From NCBI RefSeq assembly GCF_001194135.2, contig NC_068982.1:74836382-74900381 (forward strand): a stretch of DNA of 64,000 nt. Direction: 5' to 3'. This DNA is from Octopus bimaculoides (lineage: Eukaryota). Shown here piece after piece: positions 1-64,000 of the stretch. Position 1 is the first letter of the stretch. Each line of letters starts with the position of its first letter. The notes below the pieces were generated by a model, which was not told the origin of the DNA, ran no database searches, and was given only the letters and a program-made list of their open reading frames with translations. A program made the position numbers and the translations under genes.

Positions 1-507
1 TGAGTGTGAAAGAAAGGATAGAAGAACATATCCTAAACTCAAAAAATTCATGACCCTCCTTAACAAACCTAGCATATATTCTATCCAATGAACTGCAAAA
101 CATAAACAACACAGCCAAGAGAATGATTATATGAACAACTAAAAACATTACAATACAAGCACTACACTTGAAAACAAGGCTACAGCAAACCCAACTACTA
201 CAATACACAAGGAACCCTGCAAAGAGTGTAACATCAACCTTGACCTAATTAAACCAAACCCTTACTGCAGAGAGTAACTGATGTGAATCTGAGGTCAACT
301 GCACAAGCCTACAAACAGATCAAATTTCAGTTTCAAAACAACACCCCCACATCCCCCTGAATCCTAACTAACAAACAACTAACTCCACTCAGTTTGCTTT
401 GAAACTAGCCAAATGGATAGACTCTGAAGAAGCTACACTGAAAATCATGCTGGGTTGCATCTGCAACTGCCCATAATCTGTGCAGTGGAAACACGTGTAG
501 ATCATAA

Positions 508-790
508 TCATCATCATCATCATCGTTTAACGTCCGCTTTCCATGCTAGCATGGGTTGGACGATTTGACTGAGGACTGGTGAAACCGGATGGCAACACCA
601 GGCTCCAGTCTGATTTGGCAGAGTTTCTACAGCTGGATGCCCTTCCTAATGCCAACCACTCAGAGAGTGTAGTGGGTGCTTTTACGTGTCACCCGCACGA
701 AAACGGCCACACTTGAAATGGTGTCTTTTATGTGCCACCCGCACAAGCCAGTCCAGGGGCACTGGCAATGATCTCGCTCGAAAATCCTAC
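508..790 (-). mobile_element. 5'-truncated RTE-type retroelement 3' end with (GAT)n tail
   Basis: Matches other copies (28063, 43879, 47420, 62650) ending ...ATCCAACCCATGCTAGCATGGAAAGCGGACGTTAAACGATGATG. Confidence 0.8.
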
Positions 791-791
791 A

Positions 792-996
792 ATATATAAG
801 CAATAATTATAACACTATAGAACATGGAGACTTGTTTATCCTTAAAATTTGTTTCCTCTTATTTTACAATTCCATACAACATATTTTTATAATAACCATA
901 AAAATATGTTGTATGGAATTGTAAAATAAGAGGAAACAAATTTTAAGGATAAACAAGTCTCCATGTTCTATAGTGTTATAATTATTGCTTATATAT
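792..996. repeat. Perfect inverted repeat, 99-bp arms, 7-nt spacer
   Basis: 792-890 is the exact reverse complement of 898-996; loop aataacc. Confidence 0.95.
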
Positions 997-3170
997 AAAT
1001 AAATATATATGTATATCAAACATTAATTACAAAATAATCATAATTATGGTGTCAAACTGGAACCTTGGTCTAATAATAAAGTACTGCACTAGAGCACCAG
1101 ACATTGATTGTATAAGCGATGGTTCTTCTTTGGCATTTAGTCTTCTGTTTGAATCTAACCAAAATCAATTTAATTTAAAGTAGTACATTGGCAGGGCAAT
1201 TAGATAATCTGATAGACAGCGTTGTGGTACTTATTTTAACTCTCTGCTCTGAGTTCAAATCCTGCCAATGTCAACTTTTTCTTTCACTCTTTCAGAGATC
1301 AGCTAAAAGGCAGTGGAACTGGAAGAATGTCAGACCAGATGCCTGGTGGTATTTGATCTGATTCTCTGTGTTCTGAGTTCAAATCCTTTGGTGGCCTACT
1401 TGGGTAGTACACTATTGCCCAGTTTAATACCATGACCTAGTTCTTGAGTATCTTTAGTAGAGTTCACTCTTCTGCAAGCATTCAAGCCATATCTCTGGTT
1501 TGAAGACATCTTCTTTCCCACTGGCCTCAGAGGCTCTTTAAACAGTGATGAACATTGCCTCCCACCTTGAATTTCACCAAATAGCCATTAAAATAGTTAT
1601 TAGTGTTGTTATACTAAGAATAAATAACCCCAAATGAGACTTATCTGATAAACTGGTTCTGTGAATCACTAAAAGACACAGCAACCAAAATCTCCCTCAA
1701 ATGACATCCTAATCATCTTAAAAGAAGAAAATGCACATCAAATAATGCAGTCCTCAATACATTGTGTAAGTGAAATATGGGAGGAACAAAACTAAATTGT
1801 CTTTGATCATAAATTTTCCCAGTCAAGTCTGATCTCGGTCTAAACACATTCTGCTAACCTCAGCATTTCACAACTCCACATTTCCATTTCACTCACGATC
1901 AGATTTGACGTATGTGGTGGTATGGAAATGTTTGTGTGGAACTCAACCCTTGAGTTTCATGAATTGTCATGCTGACTGAATGCAGGTCACTTTGAAACCA
2001 TAAATGACACACAATAAATCTAGTCATTAAATAAATTTCAGAGTAAATATGTCCTCAATTCTGTGGGATTTTCTTCAGACATTGGATAGAGACCCAACAG
2101 AGTTTTTGCTTCATAAGAGATGCTACTATCAGTGACTCTTTTACTTCCATTACACATCTTTAATGCTGTGGCAGAGGTGATGGCAATGGTGTTACTGGAG
2201 CTGGGTTACTTACAAGGAAAATTTTGACTTTATTAATGGTCCATTTCACCAAAGTATCAAATGATATGCAGGAGGGTTCTTGGCTATTCCAATACTTCAT
2301 CCTCACAATTAACTATAAAAATGCTCTGAGCATTTTGTAGTGTCTCAAAAATTTTAGAGAGTAACACCAATGTTCCGTGGAGGCAATGTATATTTGATGT
2401 AATGCACTTGCATCTTTATTTTGTTTGCTTATTTACTGAGTTCATGCTATTTCTGTCTTTACTCCTTTTTGTTATTTTTTTTTGCTGTTTACTTTTGTTG
2501 TGTACTTTAAATAACAAAACACCCAACAAACAAGTACCACTAATCAAAGTACAACACTGAAATTGTCAGAAACTCTCCAAAATCAAGGGTTGAGTGCCAC
2601 ACAAACATTTCATCCCATACCACCACATACGTCAAAGTTCCACATGAAAAAAAAATTGGTGTGAGTGCTGGTGCCACATAAAAAGCACCCAGTACTGGTG
2701 TGACTCCTGGTCAAGCCAGTTCCTGTCAAGCCATCAACCCATACCAGCATGGAAAATGGATATTAAATGTTGTTGATGATGATAATAATGACACCTTGTA
2801 CTTTGAAGTGCTACCCTGACACCTTATCACCACTATTTTTAGTTTTTACCAGCTCCACCTGATCACTACCACATCCTCTTCTAAAATGTGAACAGTCTTG
2901 TAGTTCCTTTACAAGAAGCCTGTTTTGTTCCAGTCCCTCCTCTTATAAACTGCTTTGCAGTATTTTTTCATCTTTTTATGTTCTGAGTTCAAATCCTGCC
3001 ATAGTTAACTTCTTTTATCCCTTAGGTGGAGGTCAATAAAATAAGGTCCCAGTCAAGTACTTAAGGTTGGTGGATCCTTGAAAATATATTGCATCTCAAA
3101 CTTCAATACCCTTTTAAATATATTTCTCCTCTCTCTCTCTCAACTATATCATCTTTGAATTGTCACCACA

Positions 3171-3520
3171 GATGCAGGCATGACTGTGTGGTTAAGAAGC
3201 TCACTTTATAAACACATAGTTTTGGGTTCAGTTCCACTGTGTGGCACCTTGGGCATTTATCTTCTACTATATCCCCAGGTCAGCAAATATCTTGTGAGTG
3301 AATTTAGAAGATGGATACTTTGTAGAAGCCCATTGCATATGTATGTGTGTCTTTGTGTCTGACAACTGGTGTTGGTTTGTATTTGTTCCCATAACTTAGC
3401 AGTTTGTTAAAAGAGTGCAATAGAATAAGTACCAGGGTCGATTTGTTCAATTAAAACCGTTTGAGGTAGTGCTCTAGCATGGCTGTAGTCCAATGACTGA
3501 ATCAAGTAAAAGGTAAGAGG
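3171..3520 (+). mobile_element. tRNA-derived SINE (abundant family, many copies in window)
   Basis: A-box-like TGTGTGGTTAAGAAG and B-box-like GGTTCAGTTCC head; shares body with the 11845 and 49777 copies. Confidence 0.75.
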
Positions 3521-4782
3521 CATGAAAGTGATTCCTTGCAACCTTTTCCTGCACGAATATAGTTGAAATATGGCTTATATGAAGCAAACAAAGTCTTTGT
3601 TTATTAACCTTATTCAGTGTCTTGTACGTTTCGTATGTAATTAGATCTGGCTGAAATATTAGGGGTTAAAAGTATCTCTTCTGATTTTTCCTAATTTTTT
3701 CCATCGTTGAACTATTCATCCAGGCATAAAAAAAAAATGGAGGAACTGGTTCAAGGGAAGTAACTATGCATTACCGCCTATTTAGAAATTTTTAATTGAG
3801 AGAGAGACACAAGCTAAACTATAGTATGTGAATATATATATATATAAAACAGTTTCCTGATTAACATAAAACAGCATTCCTGATGGTTTGGGTAAATAGT
3901 TTTTAAAATAATTTAAACGAATTATGTATCACAATTATATAATTATTCATTTAATGATGTTTCAGCTGTTGAGCACAATTAGAGTATCGACGAGCCAGTG
4001 GGTTACATATGGTTCCAATGTCAGCTTTGGAATGATTTCTACAATTGGATGCCCTTCTTAATGCCAACCACTTTACAGAGTGTGCTGGGCGCGTTTTTCA
4101 TGGTACCAACACAAGTGAGGTTGCCAACCAAGTAACTTGCGAAACAAAATACCTTGACAGAGTTAATATAATACATATTATCGAATTTGTTGAACTGAAA
4201 ACTAGTGACTCCTAAATGATACAATGCACTTAATATAGGTGTTACTTTCTCATGGTGCCTATTTGCAAAGCTCACTTTTTAACAAACTCACTAGCTAATC
4301 ACAACACCAGTGCCTGTCCCGACACTGATTTTCAATATATCATTAGCAGGGAGACAAGTCACTGCTATTGTTGGCAGGGAGATGAGTTGCTGTTATCGTT
4401 GGCAGGAAGATGCATCACTGCTACCTCTAGCAGTAGAGCATCCATTTTCAATGAGACTAGGGAAGGTTGAAATCACATGATTTGGTGGTTTTGGCACTGG
4501 AGGTAGTGGGCATTTATCTCCTATGACAGTGCTATAAACAAGCATTCATTTTGTACCAGTATGAGAGTTTCTCTCATTGTATCTACCACAGTATAGTTTG
4601 TTCTAAAGAACATCTACATTTAAGTGGATATAATATTACCTCACAGACAAATTAGTAAGTATTGTTTCAGTCAATGATACATCATGGTGAAGGTAAGAGA
4701 ATATGAAGTATCATCTCTATGAGCTAAAAGGTAATCCTAAACTCTTAACTCAATGAGCTGCAACTTTAAACCTTATAACCAA

Positions 4783-6010
4783 CATCATCATCATTTAACG
4801 TCCATTTTCCATACTGGCATGGGTTGGATGGTTTGACAGGAGCTGGCATATCAGAAGTCTGTACCAAGCTTGACAGACTGCTTCACCTGGGTTTCTGAGT
4901 GTACTGGGTGTATTTTTATGTGGTACCAACAGCAGTGAGGTGGCTAAATAACTCACAAGACAAATATCTTTCAACTGGAAGCGGGAGTGGCTTTGAGTTA
5001 GGTGATGAGATGTTACAATAAGAATAAAGAGACAGAAATAGGTATCTTGCAGTAAAGGAAATACAAATCTATCTCAGTAGGAGGGAGAGAGAAGAGAGAG
5101 ATGATGATGAAGATATGGCAGGATTGGGGACACACGAGTTACAGGGAAGCATACATAAGTGGAACCAAAGATCAGATTGAGTGAGCGGGTGGGTAGGTTC
5201 ATGAGATTGTGAAAGGAGAGTGAGAAGGGAGAGAATATAGTGAGTGGGCACAAAGAGTGGGAGGGGTGTTAGGAGTATATGTTGTGGGGAAGGGCTTCAA
5301 CAGGGACATAATGTGTGCATGAGGAAAAGGAGAATGGGAAATAGAAGGAAGGGGAATACAGTGAGTGGTAAACTCAGGTGGGGGGTGATGAGAGATGTGC
5401 TAGGAAGATGGGATTTGGAGGAGAGGTTTATCAAGCACAGATTGCATGCAGGAGTATGGACATACTTTTATGGCATCAACTCTACTTAGCAGGACAAGTC
5501 TTCTCAAGCGCAGCAAATCACTAATCATTTTGATCCTTTGTCACATCTGTGAAGCTCAACATCTAAAGATCATTTTTCTTGCGCAGCTCAACATCAGATC
5601 ATTTTTCACTATTTCATTCCTTGTCTTCCTCTTCTGCAGGTTTTCTCCACATGTAGAGATCAGCCCTTCTTTATGCAGCTGTCCTCATCCAAATGCATCA
5701 CAGGACCATGCCAATGCCATCTTCTCTCTTGCATACTATCCCTGATGCTTCTTAGACCCAGATTTTCTCTCAACACATTTACACTTTGTCATAAATGCAC
5801 ACTGACATTACACATTCAGCAGAGCATGTCAAATTCATTTCTTTTAAGCATTTGCATGTCCTTTGCAGTCACAGCCCACACTACACTATCATGTAGCATA
5901 GCTGTTTGTACACAAGCATCATGCAATTTGCTTTTCACTCTCAAGGAGAGGCCCATTGTAGCCAACAGACATATGGTTCCCTCTCCATTGCTAATTTCAT
6001 CATCTAGGTA
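4783..6010 (-). mobile_element. Degenerate 5'-truncated RTE LINE (ORF C-terminus + 3' UTR + (GAT)n tail)
   Basis: Remnant RWHG.VM..DEDSCIKK-like RT C-terminus at 5650-5750, ORF-end motif gcttgagaagac, then a pyrimidine-rich UTR and the shared tail at 4783-4830. Confidence 0.7.
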
Positions 6011-8089
6011 ATAGAAACTATCTGCTACTTCTTTGGATCCTCTTGGGGATTGGAAGAAATCTATATCCTGTGTTTTTAGTGTTTATTGTTCCTGCACATC
6101 AGCCACACATAAAGACTATGCTCTGTTAACCTTCATGTGATTCTACTGAACCTCTTAATTGTCCATAGTTTGCACTGAATATATCTTATGGAATTTCTAC
6201 CTACATATTTTCTACATACCAACCAGGGCCATTTCCCAGAAGGGACTAGTAACTTAACTGCTTTCCTACTTACTAGTCTTCATTAAATTAACTCTAAGAC
6301 CCTTTGATTCAAGTACTTGCTTCCATTCTGAAATTTCTTCTCTAATTCTACTACAGAATTAGCTATAAGAACAAGGTCATCAGCATTGAAAAGCTCCTAT
6401 GGGCAAGCAGTTTTAAATTCCTGTTATAGGGCTATGACAAACAAGAGGTGAACTCCTACCTGCATACTAAATTCGTTGCTATACTCATTGCTGGCTCGGA
6501 TTAGTTGTGGCAAAACAATGTCCAACGAAAGCCTACATGGAGACACAATGAATCAACTCTTGAATCAGAAGATGGAACTAATTTTTTACTCCACACATAT
6601 ATGCCTGACATTGGTGACATTGTCACTGAGAATCCCCTGTACTTTTAAATCCTAGAATGAATGGCTGTGAGGTGAAGAAGCTCACTTCCTAAATATGATC
6701 TTGGGTTCAGTCCCAGTACATGGCACCTGAGGCAAGTATCTTCTACTGTAGCCCTGGATCAACCAAAGCCTTGTGAATGGATTTGATAAACAGAAACTGA
6801 AAGAAGCTTGTTGTGTGTGTGTGTGTGTGTGTGTGTACGTACCCTTGTTTCATCATCACGATAGTTGTAAACAAGCATCAAAATCATGCAACTGATGCTG
6901 TTCATTTCCAGTCTTTGTTGGAAAACTTGCTGGGAGCTATGGAGAAAAACTATCTCGCTCGGAAAAAGGTAAAGGTTGGCAACAGGACCAGAGAATATCT
7001 ACCCCAACAAATTCTGTCCGATTCATGCCAGCATGGAAAAGTGGACATTAAATGATGATGCCTCCCACCCACCACCACAGTACTCAAGGTTTAAAAATGT
7101 CAAGATATCTAACATTTGCAAAAGCTGCACTTTGTTATTAGTATTGTAGCTATATGCACATTAGCTATGGCTAAAATTCAACTTAGTGCCTCTTGAATCC
7201 TTTAGTTCCTATTTCAAAGAGATTTTGTTGAGAAAGTGTTTCATACGAGATTGAGTAATCAAGCTGTCTTCACTGGCTTCTGTTGAGTAAATGATTTTGA
7301 ATTTGTGTCAGGTTTTATTGATGAACTTAAACACGGATAGGTTGTAACAACTATCATTGAAGAACTTTGGAAAATAAAGTTATGACATTCATGCATTTCA
7401 CAACAGCTTTAAAAATAAAACAGGCACAGGCATGGCTGTGTGATTAAGAAGTTTGCTTCACAACCATGTCGTTTTCAGTTCAGTCACAGTGTAGGCAATT
7501 GGGGAAAGTGTCTTCCACTAATGCCCTGTGATTGTATTAGATAAATAGAACCTTAAAGAAGCCCATCATGTATATGAGTTTGTGTTTCTTTATCTTGATA
7601 TAGCATAACAGTTATAAACAAATGGCAATGTCATATAAGCAATATTGCTGATTTCCATCTTCTGTGAAAACATGTCTGGTCATGGGGAAATATTACCTTG
7701 CTTGGAAATAGGAGAGGGTTGGTGACAGGAAGAGCATCTGATTGTAGAAACCTTGCCTCAAATTCTGTCCAACCCATGCAAGCATGGAAAAGTGATTGTT
7801 GAAACTCTGCACACTTACCCTGCCTTACCTTATGGTATCTGACAACAGCTTTTTATCAGTGAAGGATGAGCATGAAATCATGAAATGAACATGAATCCAG
7901 TAAAAAATGAGTAGAAGAGAGTGAGTCATCTAACAATGTATAATAATTGATATTTTACTTCAGATTGATGTTTGTTGTTTGGATATAAACACAGGAGAAC
8001 AGAGTCACTGAGGAGACATTCAAAATTGATAACACAAAACAGACAAAGGCAAAACATGTAATAAAAAATAATATAAAGAAAAAAAAGTA

Positions 8090-9176
8090 TACAAAGAATA
8101 AACTGATGCAGTTTTTAATAATTCGTTTTATAAAATATCAAAGATAAAAAGCCAAGAGCCACTGAGTGAAGGTAAATCTTCTGTAAGAAGCCAGCTGTCC
8201 AACTCACCTATGTCGGGACGATACTGTCTTGAATATTATTTTATTTGTTGTCTTGCAGACTTTGTGCTATGGCAATGTTATGTTACATCATGACTTGGGA
8301 GGAGGAGGGGGAGGATAGAAAATAAAGTTGGTTGTTTTGCAAAGAGATTGATAAATTAAAAAAGAAAAAAAACGGCAGGGAAAAAAATCTCACCTCGAAC
8401 AATAAAAGGTTGGTGTATGTATTCATTTGGGAATATATATATATATTTATATACATACGAGTACAATAACACATTAAAGTGGGTGTGTTGTGTATGTGTG
8501 AATTTCCGACCAATGTCTGTGGTTAGGTTGTAAAAGAGAGAGAGAGAGAGAGAGAGAAGAAAAAATGGGATGGTGGTAAGTGCTCACATACACAAAAGAC
8601 TTAAACAATTAAAAAAAAAAATGTGGGGGACGTGGAAGGGGGAGCAAAACAACCAACTGAAGATTAAAATTGAAAAGATAAAAAGAATACATTAAAAAAA
8701 AATCAGTTCATACACATCTATTTCACAATCGTTTATTTTTTTATCGTCCAATTTGGGTTTTTGAAAACAAATATCTTAAATGATATTTTGACTTGGCTAT
8801 ATATAGCAAAGGTGCTAATATACACTGGCACATACACTAAATGTGTACGAGTTTGTTTCTGTACAAATTTTCAATATAATTTCATACTTTATCATTTGTT
8901 TGCTGTTTCCTTTTAATATCATGGGAGATAACTCTAAAATTAATGTTCACAATTGAACATTATGATAACAATGTCAACTTATTTTTCCCGCCACCCACCC
9001 CAATAAATTGAAAAAAAAGAAAAAAGAGAAAAAAGACTAGGAGTTGGCTTAACCAAACTGAAAAGGGCAAACTGTTGCTTTGCCAGTGGATTAAAGAAAA
9101 AAAAGCCACGGCAATATAAGAATAGAGGGTTCCAGGATATAGATAATATTTGTGACTATAGGAGCTTGTGATGTGT

Positions 9177-9224
<48 letters not shown>

Positions 9225-10345
9225 NNNNNNNNNNNNNNNNNNNNNNNNNNNNNNNNNNNNNNNNNNNNNNNNNNNNNNNNNNNNNNNNNNNNNNNNNNNN
9301 NNNNNNNNNNNNNNNNNNNNNNNNNNNNNNNNNNNNNNNNNNNNNNNNNNNNNNNNNNNNNNNNNNNNNNNNNNNNNNNNNNNNNNNNNNNNNNNNNNNN
9401 NNNNNNNNNNNNNNNNNNNNNNNNNNNNNNNNNNNNNNNNNNNNNNNNNNNNNNNNNNNNNNNNNNNNNNNNNNNNNNNNNNNNNNNNNNNNNNNNNNNN
9501 NNNNNNNNNNNNNNNNNNNNNNNNNNNNNNNNNNNNNNNNNNNNNNNNNNNNNNNNNNNNNNNNNNNNNNNNNNNNNNNNNNNNNNNNNNNNNNNNNNNN
9601 NNNNNNNNNNNNTTGTTTAGAACATTTCTCACATTGTATAATAACAGCTCTGTGCATCCTTCTGGTCCATTATTTGGCCAGATCCTTTAACTTAAAAAGT
9701 ACTTCAACATAGACGCACTTCTTACAAAGGGTGAAGCCTACAGTTGTATCATCGGAGCTGACACTTGAGTATAGTGGCCTGAAAAAAATGGTGTAATATA
9801 AATTACTCCACCGACAGGATACATTCTCGGGCTTTAAGAAGCGTGAGACCCAGACATTGGGTTGTAAAAGAAGTAAGATTGGTCGTTAGGTGCACAGTAG
9901 CAACCATTTAAGTGAAGAGGGGAGGGGGATTAAAATAGAGGTGCTGTTGACAAAAAGAAAACATCTTCATTTTCATTACCACTAATTATTAACAATAATT
10001 CATTTCTGTTGCGGTAAGAGATGATTTGGATAATTCTGTAGATGACAGAATGGTGTTGCATTCAGAAGACTAAAAATAAGACAAATTGAGTTCTGCATTA
10101 TTATTATTAATTATTATTATTATTATTATTATTATATACAACTATAAGAGAGAGAAATAGGCAGAGAGGTGAGGATAGAAGGAATCACAGATTTTGCTGA
10201 ATGAAAAAAAAAAAAAAATTTCAGAATGAAAAAAAATTTTTTTTCAAAGTGTTGTAACTGTCCAGCAGATGCCTGTTTTGGGCAATATAGAAATAATAAT
10301 TGTAGTAGTGACAAATTTATTGTTAATTATGATGGTGGAAAGCTT
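8090..10345 (-). other. NEDD4: Probable NEDD4 3' UTR (~2.2 kb, interrupted by N-gap 9225-9612)
   Basis: Follows the stop codon; almost free of the SINEs that fill the introns. Minus-strand AATAAA near 8200-8205 and ATTAAA near 8113-8118, followed by a U-rich tract. The 3' end is inferred. Confidence 0.45.
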
Positions 10346-61635
<51,290 letters not shown>

Positions 61636-62072
61636 TTATAAATACACATGTGTGCACATGCAAACATACACGCAGCATTTTGTTTTACTCTTTCAGATCT
61701 ATCGATCCATATCAGAAAGGTGAAATGGAGCAGGTTTGCAAATTCTGTTCCAGCCAAAGTCCCTGGTTCTTCTGTCTCCACTCAAATGTATATTTCCCTT
61801 CTTGCACCCTCAAGGGTCCATCCTAACACTTCATGATCATTATGTTTATGACTTTTCAGCTCCACTTCGTTGCTCTCAGCCACTCTTTTATCATGTGAGC
61901 AGCCATGTACCTGCTCTTCAGCAACAAACCTGTTCTGTTCTGGCCCCTTTGTTCATACTCTAACCTCACATTTCCTAGCATAAAGCTGCTTCCCAAAGCA
62001 TGGGCAAAGTGGAGAAACGAAAACTATGATGATTTTAATGATGACAGTTTTGAGCTCTAGCTGCTACAACCA

Positions 62073-62300
62073 CTAACCCTTTAACATTTAAACCAGCCAT
62101 ATTTGGCCAGAATAGTCTATCTGTTTAATATTCAAACCAGCCAGATCAGGTGACTAACAACTACCCTACAATGTCAATCTAAAAGCAAACAATCACATTA
62201 TATTAATCTTGAATCTATGAAATAATGCATGATTAATTCAAAACAATGTAAATAAAGAAGCATTACATTTGACAGAGTAATCTGAATGCTAAAGGTTTAA
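62073..62300. mobile_element. piggyBac-like MITE
   Basis: taaccctttaacatttaaaccagcc...gctaaaggtttaa. Confidence 0.7.
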
Positions 62301-62649
62301 GGCTATTTCCTTGGAGAACAAAAAAGAAATCTTTGTTTCTGTTAACTAAATAATTTACCTGTTGTATATTTGAGCATGGGTGTCTCCTGCCACCTCCTTA
62401 TCTTGACAAAACATGATGGTAGAAAATGTGTACCATTCGTGAAAAATATGCCTGGCCGTAGGATAACATTCCTTTGCTCGGAAACAGGTGAGGGTTGGTG
62501 ACAAGAATGGCAACCAGCTGTAGAAAATCTGTCAACAAATTCCATCTGACCCATGCAAGCATGGAAAAGTGGTCGTCAAATGATGATGATGAACTAGATT
62601 GCCTTGCTACTGCCAATAACCTAATAACGAAACGAGTTGTTGTCACTGT

Positions 62650-62925
62650 AAAGACATTTGAGCGAGATCGCTGGCTCCTGTGCAGGTGGAACATAAAATA
62701 CACCATTTTGAGCGTGGCTGTTGCCAGTACCGCCTGACTGGCCTTCGTGCCGGTGGCACGTAAAAGCACCTACTACACTCTCGGAGTGGTTGGCGTTAGG
62801 AAGGGCATCCAGCTGTAGAAACTCTGCCAAATCAGATTGGAGCCTGGTGTAGCCATCTGGTTTCACCAGTTCTCAGTCAAATCATCCAACCCATGCTAGC
62901 ATGGAAAGCGGACGTTAAACAACGA
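62650..62925 (+). mobile_element. RTE-type 3' end copy
   Basis: Near-identical to 47500-47793. Confidence 0.85.
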
Positions 62926-64000
62926 CAATGTTGTTGTTGTAGTTTAACTGATCAAGTTGATCTATAATTAAAGGCATTCCAACTTTGCCTATTCTATTCT
63001 CAAAGTTTATCTAAGACTACATTGCTTCATGTGTCCTCCTTCCTCAAGATGTTAGGCTGTGACTGAAAGAAGGTTGAGCTTTCACTTAAAGGTTTCCAGT
63101 AGTGTTGAAACAAGTAAAACTTGTTTTTATTTTTTGACAAACGCATGGAAACCTGGTCTGAATGCTAGCAACAGAGTAAACTCTGCTAAAGATACCCAAG
63201 GGCACCTACAAGGTAGTGGTAGTGTTGTTAAAACAGGTAGGCCATGTTGTCTGAGAACATCTCTTGTTCTTTGAGACAAACTTCACCAGTTTAAATTAAT
63301 CTAAATTAAAACCTTCCATCAGAATTTCATGATAATTTATGTTCTAAACACCAGTTTAATAACAATTATTTTACGAACTTCTTCATTATTTCAAAAAGCA
63401 ACTGACACAAAGGCAGTTTATTTCAACAGAAATATAGTAACAAAAGGGCTAATGACTGACAATATATGTAACTCGTGTTGACAAACATTAAGTACCTGGC
63501 AAAAGGTAAGGCACAACAGTTCTAATATTAAAGTTTGAACACATGGGTACAAGATCAAGGAATGGAAGTCAATTTCAAATGATACAGTTTACACTACAGT
63601 CAACTAGTTTTTCAGAATAAACTGGTTGTGACACCCAAGGTACTTTGGCTCTGGGGGAACTTTAACCACCCAGGAGTACTGCAATACAGACAGTAGCAGA
63701 GAATGTTACAGCAGAGGGGGATCCCGGAGTCATGATTTGGATGTGACCCAGCCCCCTCAGAATGTAAAGAGTTAAAGGGCTGAAACACTTGCATGAGGTG
63801 GAGGGAAAGGTAGTTCCTCTCTGAAGGTCTTCTGCTGTTCAAGCTCACCCTAGAATTTCTTACTACCTTTTAACATCACAGTCACATTTTCCTTTTGTGT
63901 GAAAAAAAAAAAGGGGGGATTTTAAGAAAAAGATTACTTAGATCTTAATGTCACTATCACCATCATTTTTTCCAATCAAATACCTTTATAAAATAAAACT

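Noticed and set aside
1-470. A/C-rich block resembling a retroelement ORF remnant
   Set aside because: Too degraded to assign; no intact motif could be read.
9091-9712. Long ORFs spanning 9091-9712 and 49951-50893
   Set aside because: They are open only because of N runs and dinucleotide repeats.

Overview
AT-rich, repeat-dense eukaryotic genomic DNA with N-gaps. The SINE/RTE repertoire and (CAT)n, (CA)n and (TA)n microsatellites are typical of an octopus genome (inference). The window is dominated by one large minus-strand gene, a NEDD4-family C2-WW-HECT E3 ubiquitin ligase. By manual translation I traced 17 confident GT-AG coding exons plus two candidate microexons, from the WW1 exon (61400-61590) to the stop codon (10346). 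They encode four WW domains and a complete HECT domain with the catalytic RAHTC motif and the [11 protein letters not shown]-terminus. The C2-encoding 5' exons lie beyond position 64000. Introns and the downstream 8 kb are filled with tRNA-derived SINEs, 5'-truncated RTE LINEs, an internally deleted mariner, and hAT, Tc1 and piggyBac-like MITEs. The most notable unexplained signals are a perfect 99-bp-arm palindrome, two short intronic hairpins (one hiding a splice-site motif), a tandem symmetric WW exon, and a Ser(AGC) at a conserved WW Gly that A-to-I editing would restore. Also notable are inverted retroelement pairs around exons, a same-orientation train of about 10 SINEs, and a phase ambiguity in the WW2-WW3 linker. 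No prokaryotic features, rRNA, tRNA genes or CRISPR arrays were seen.
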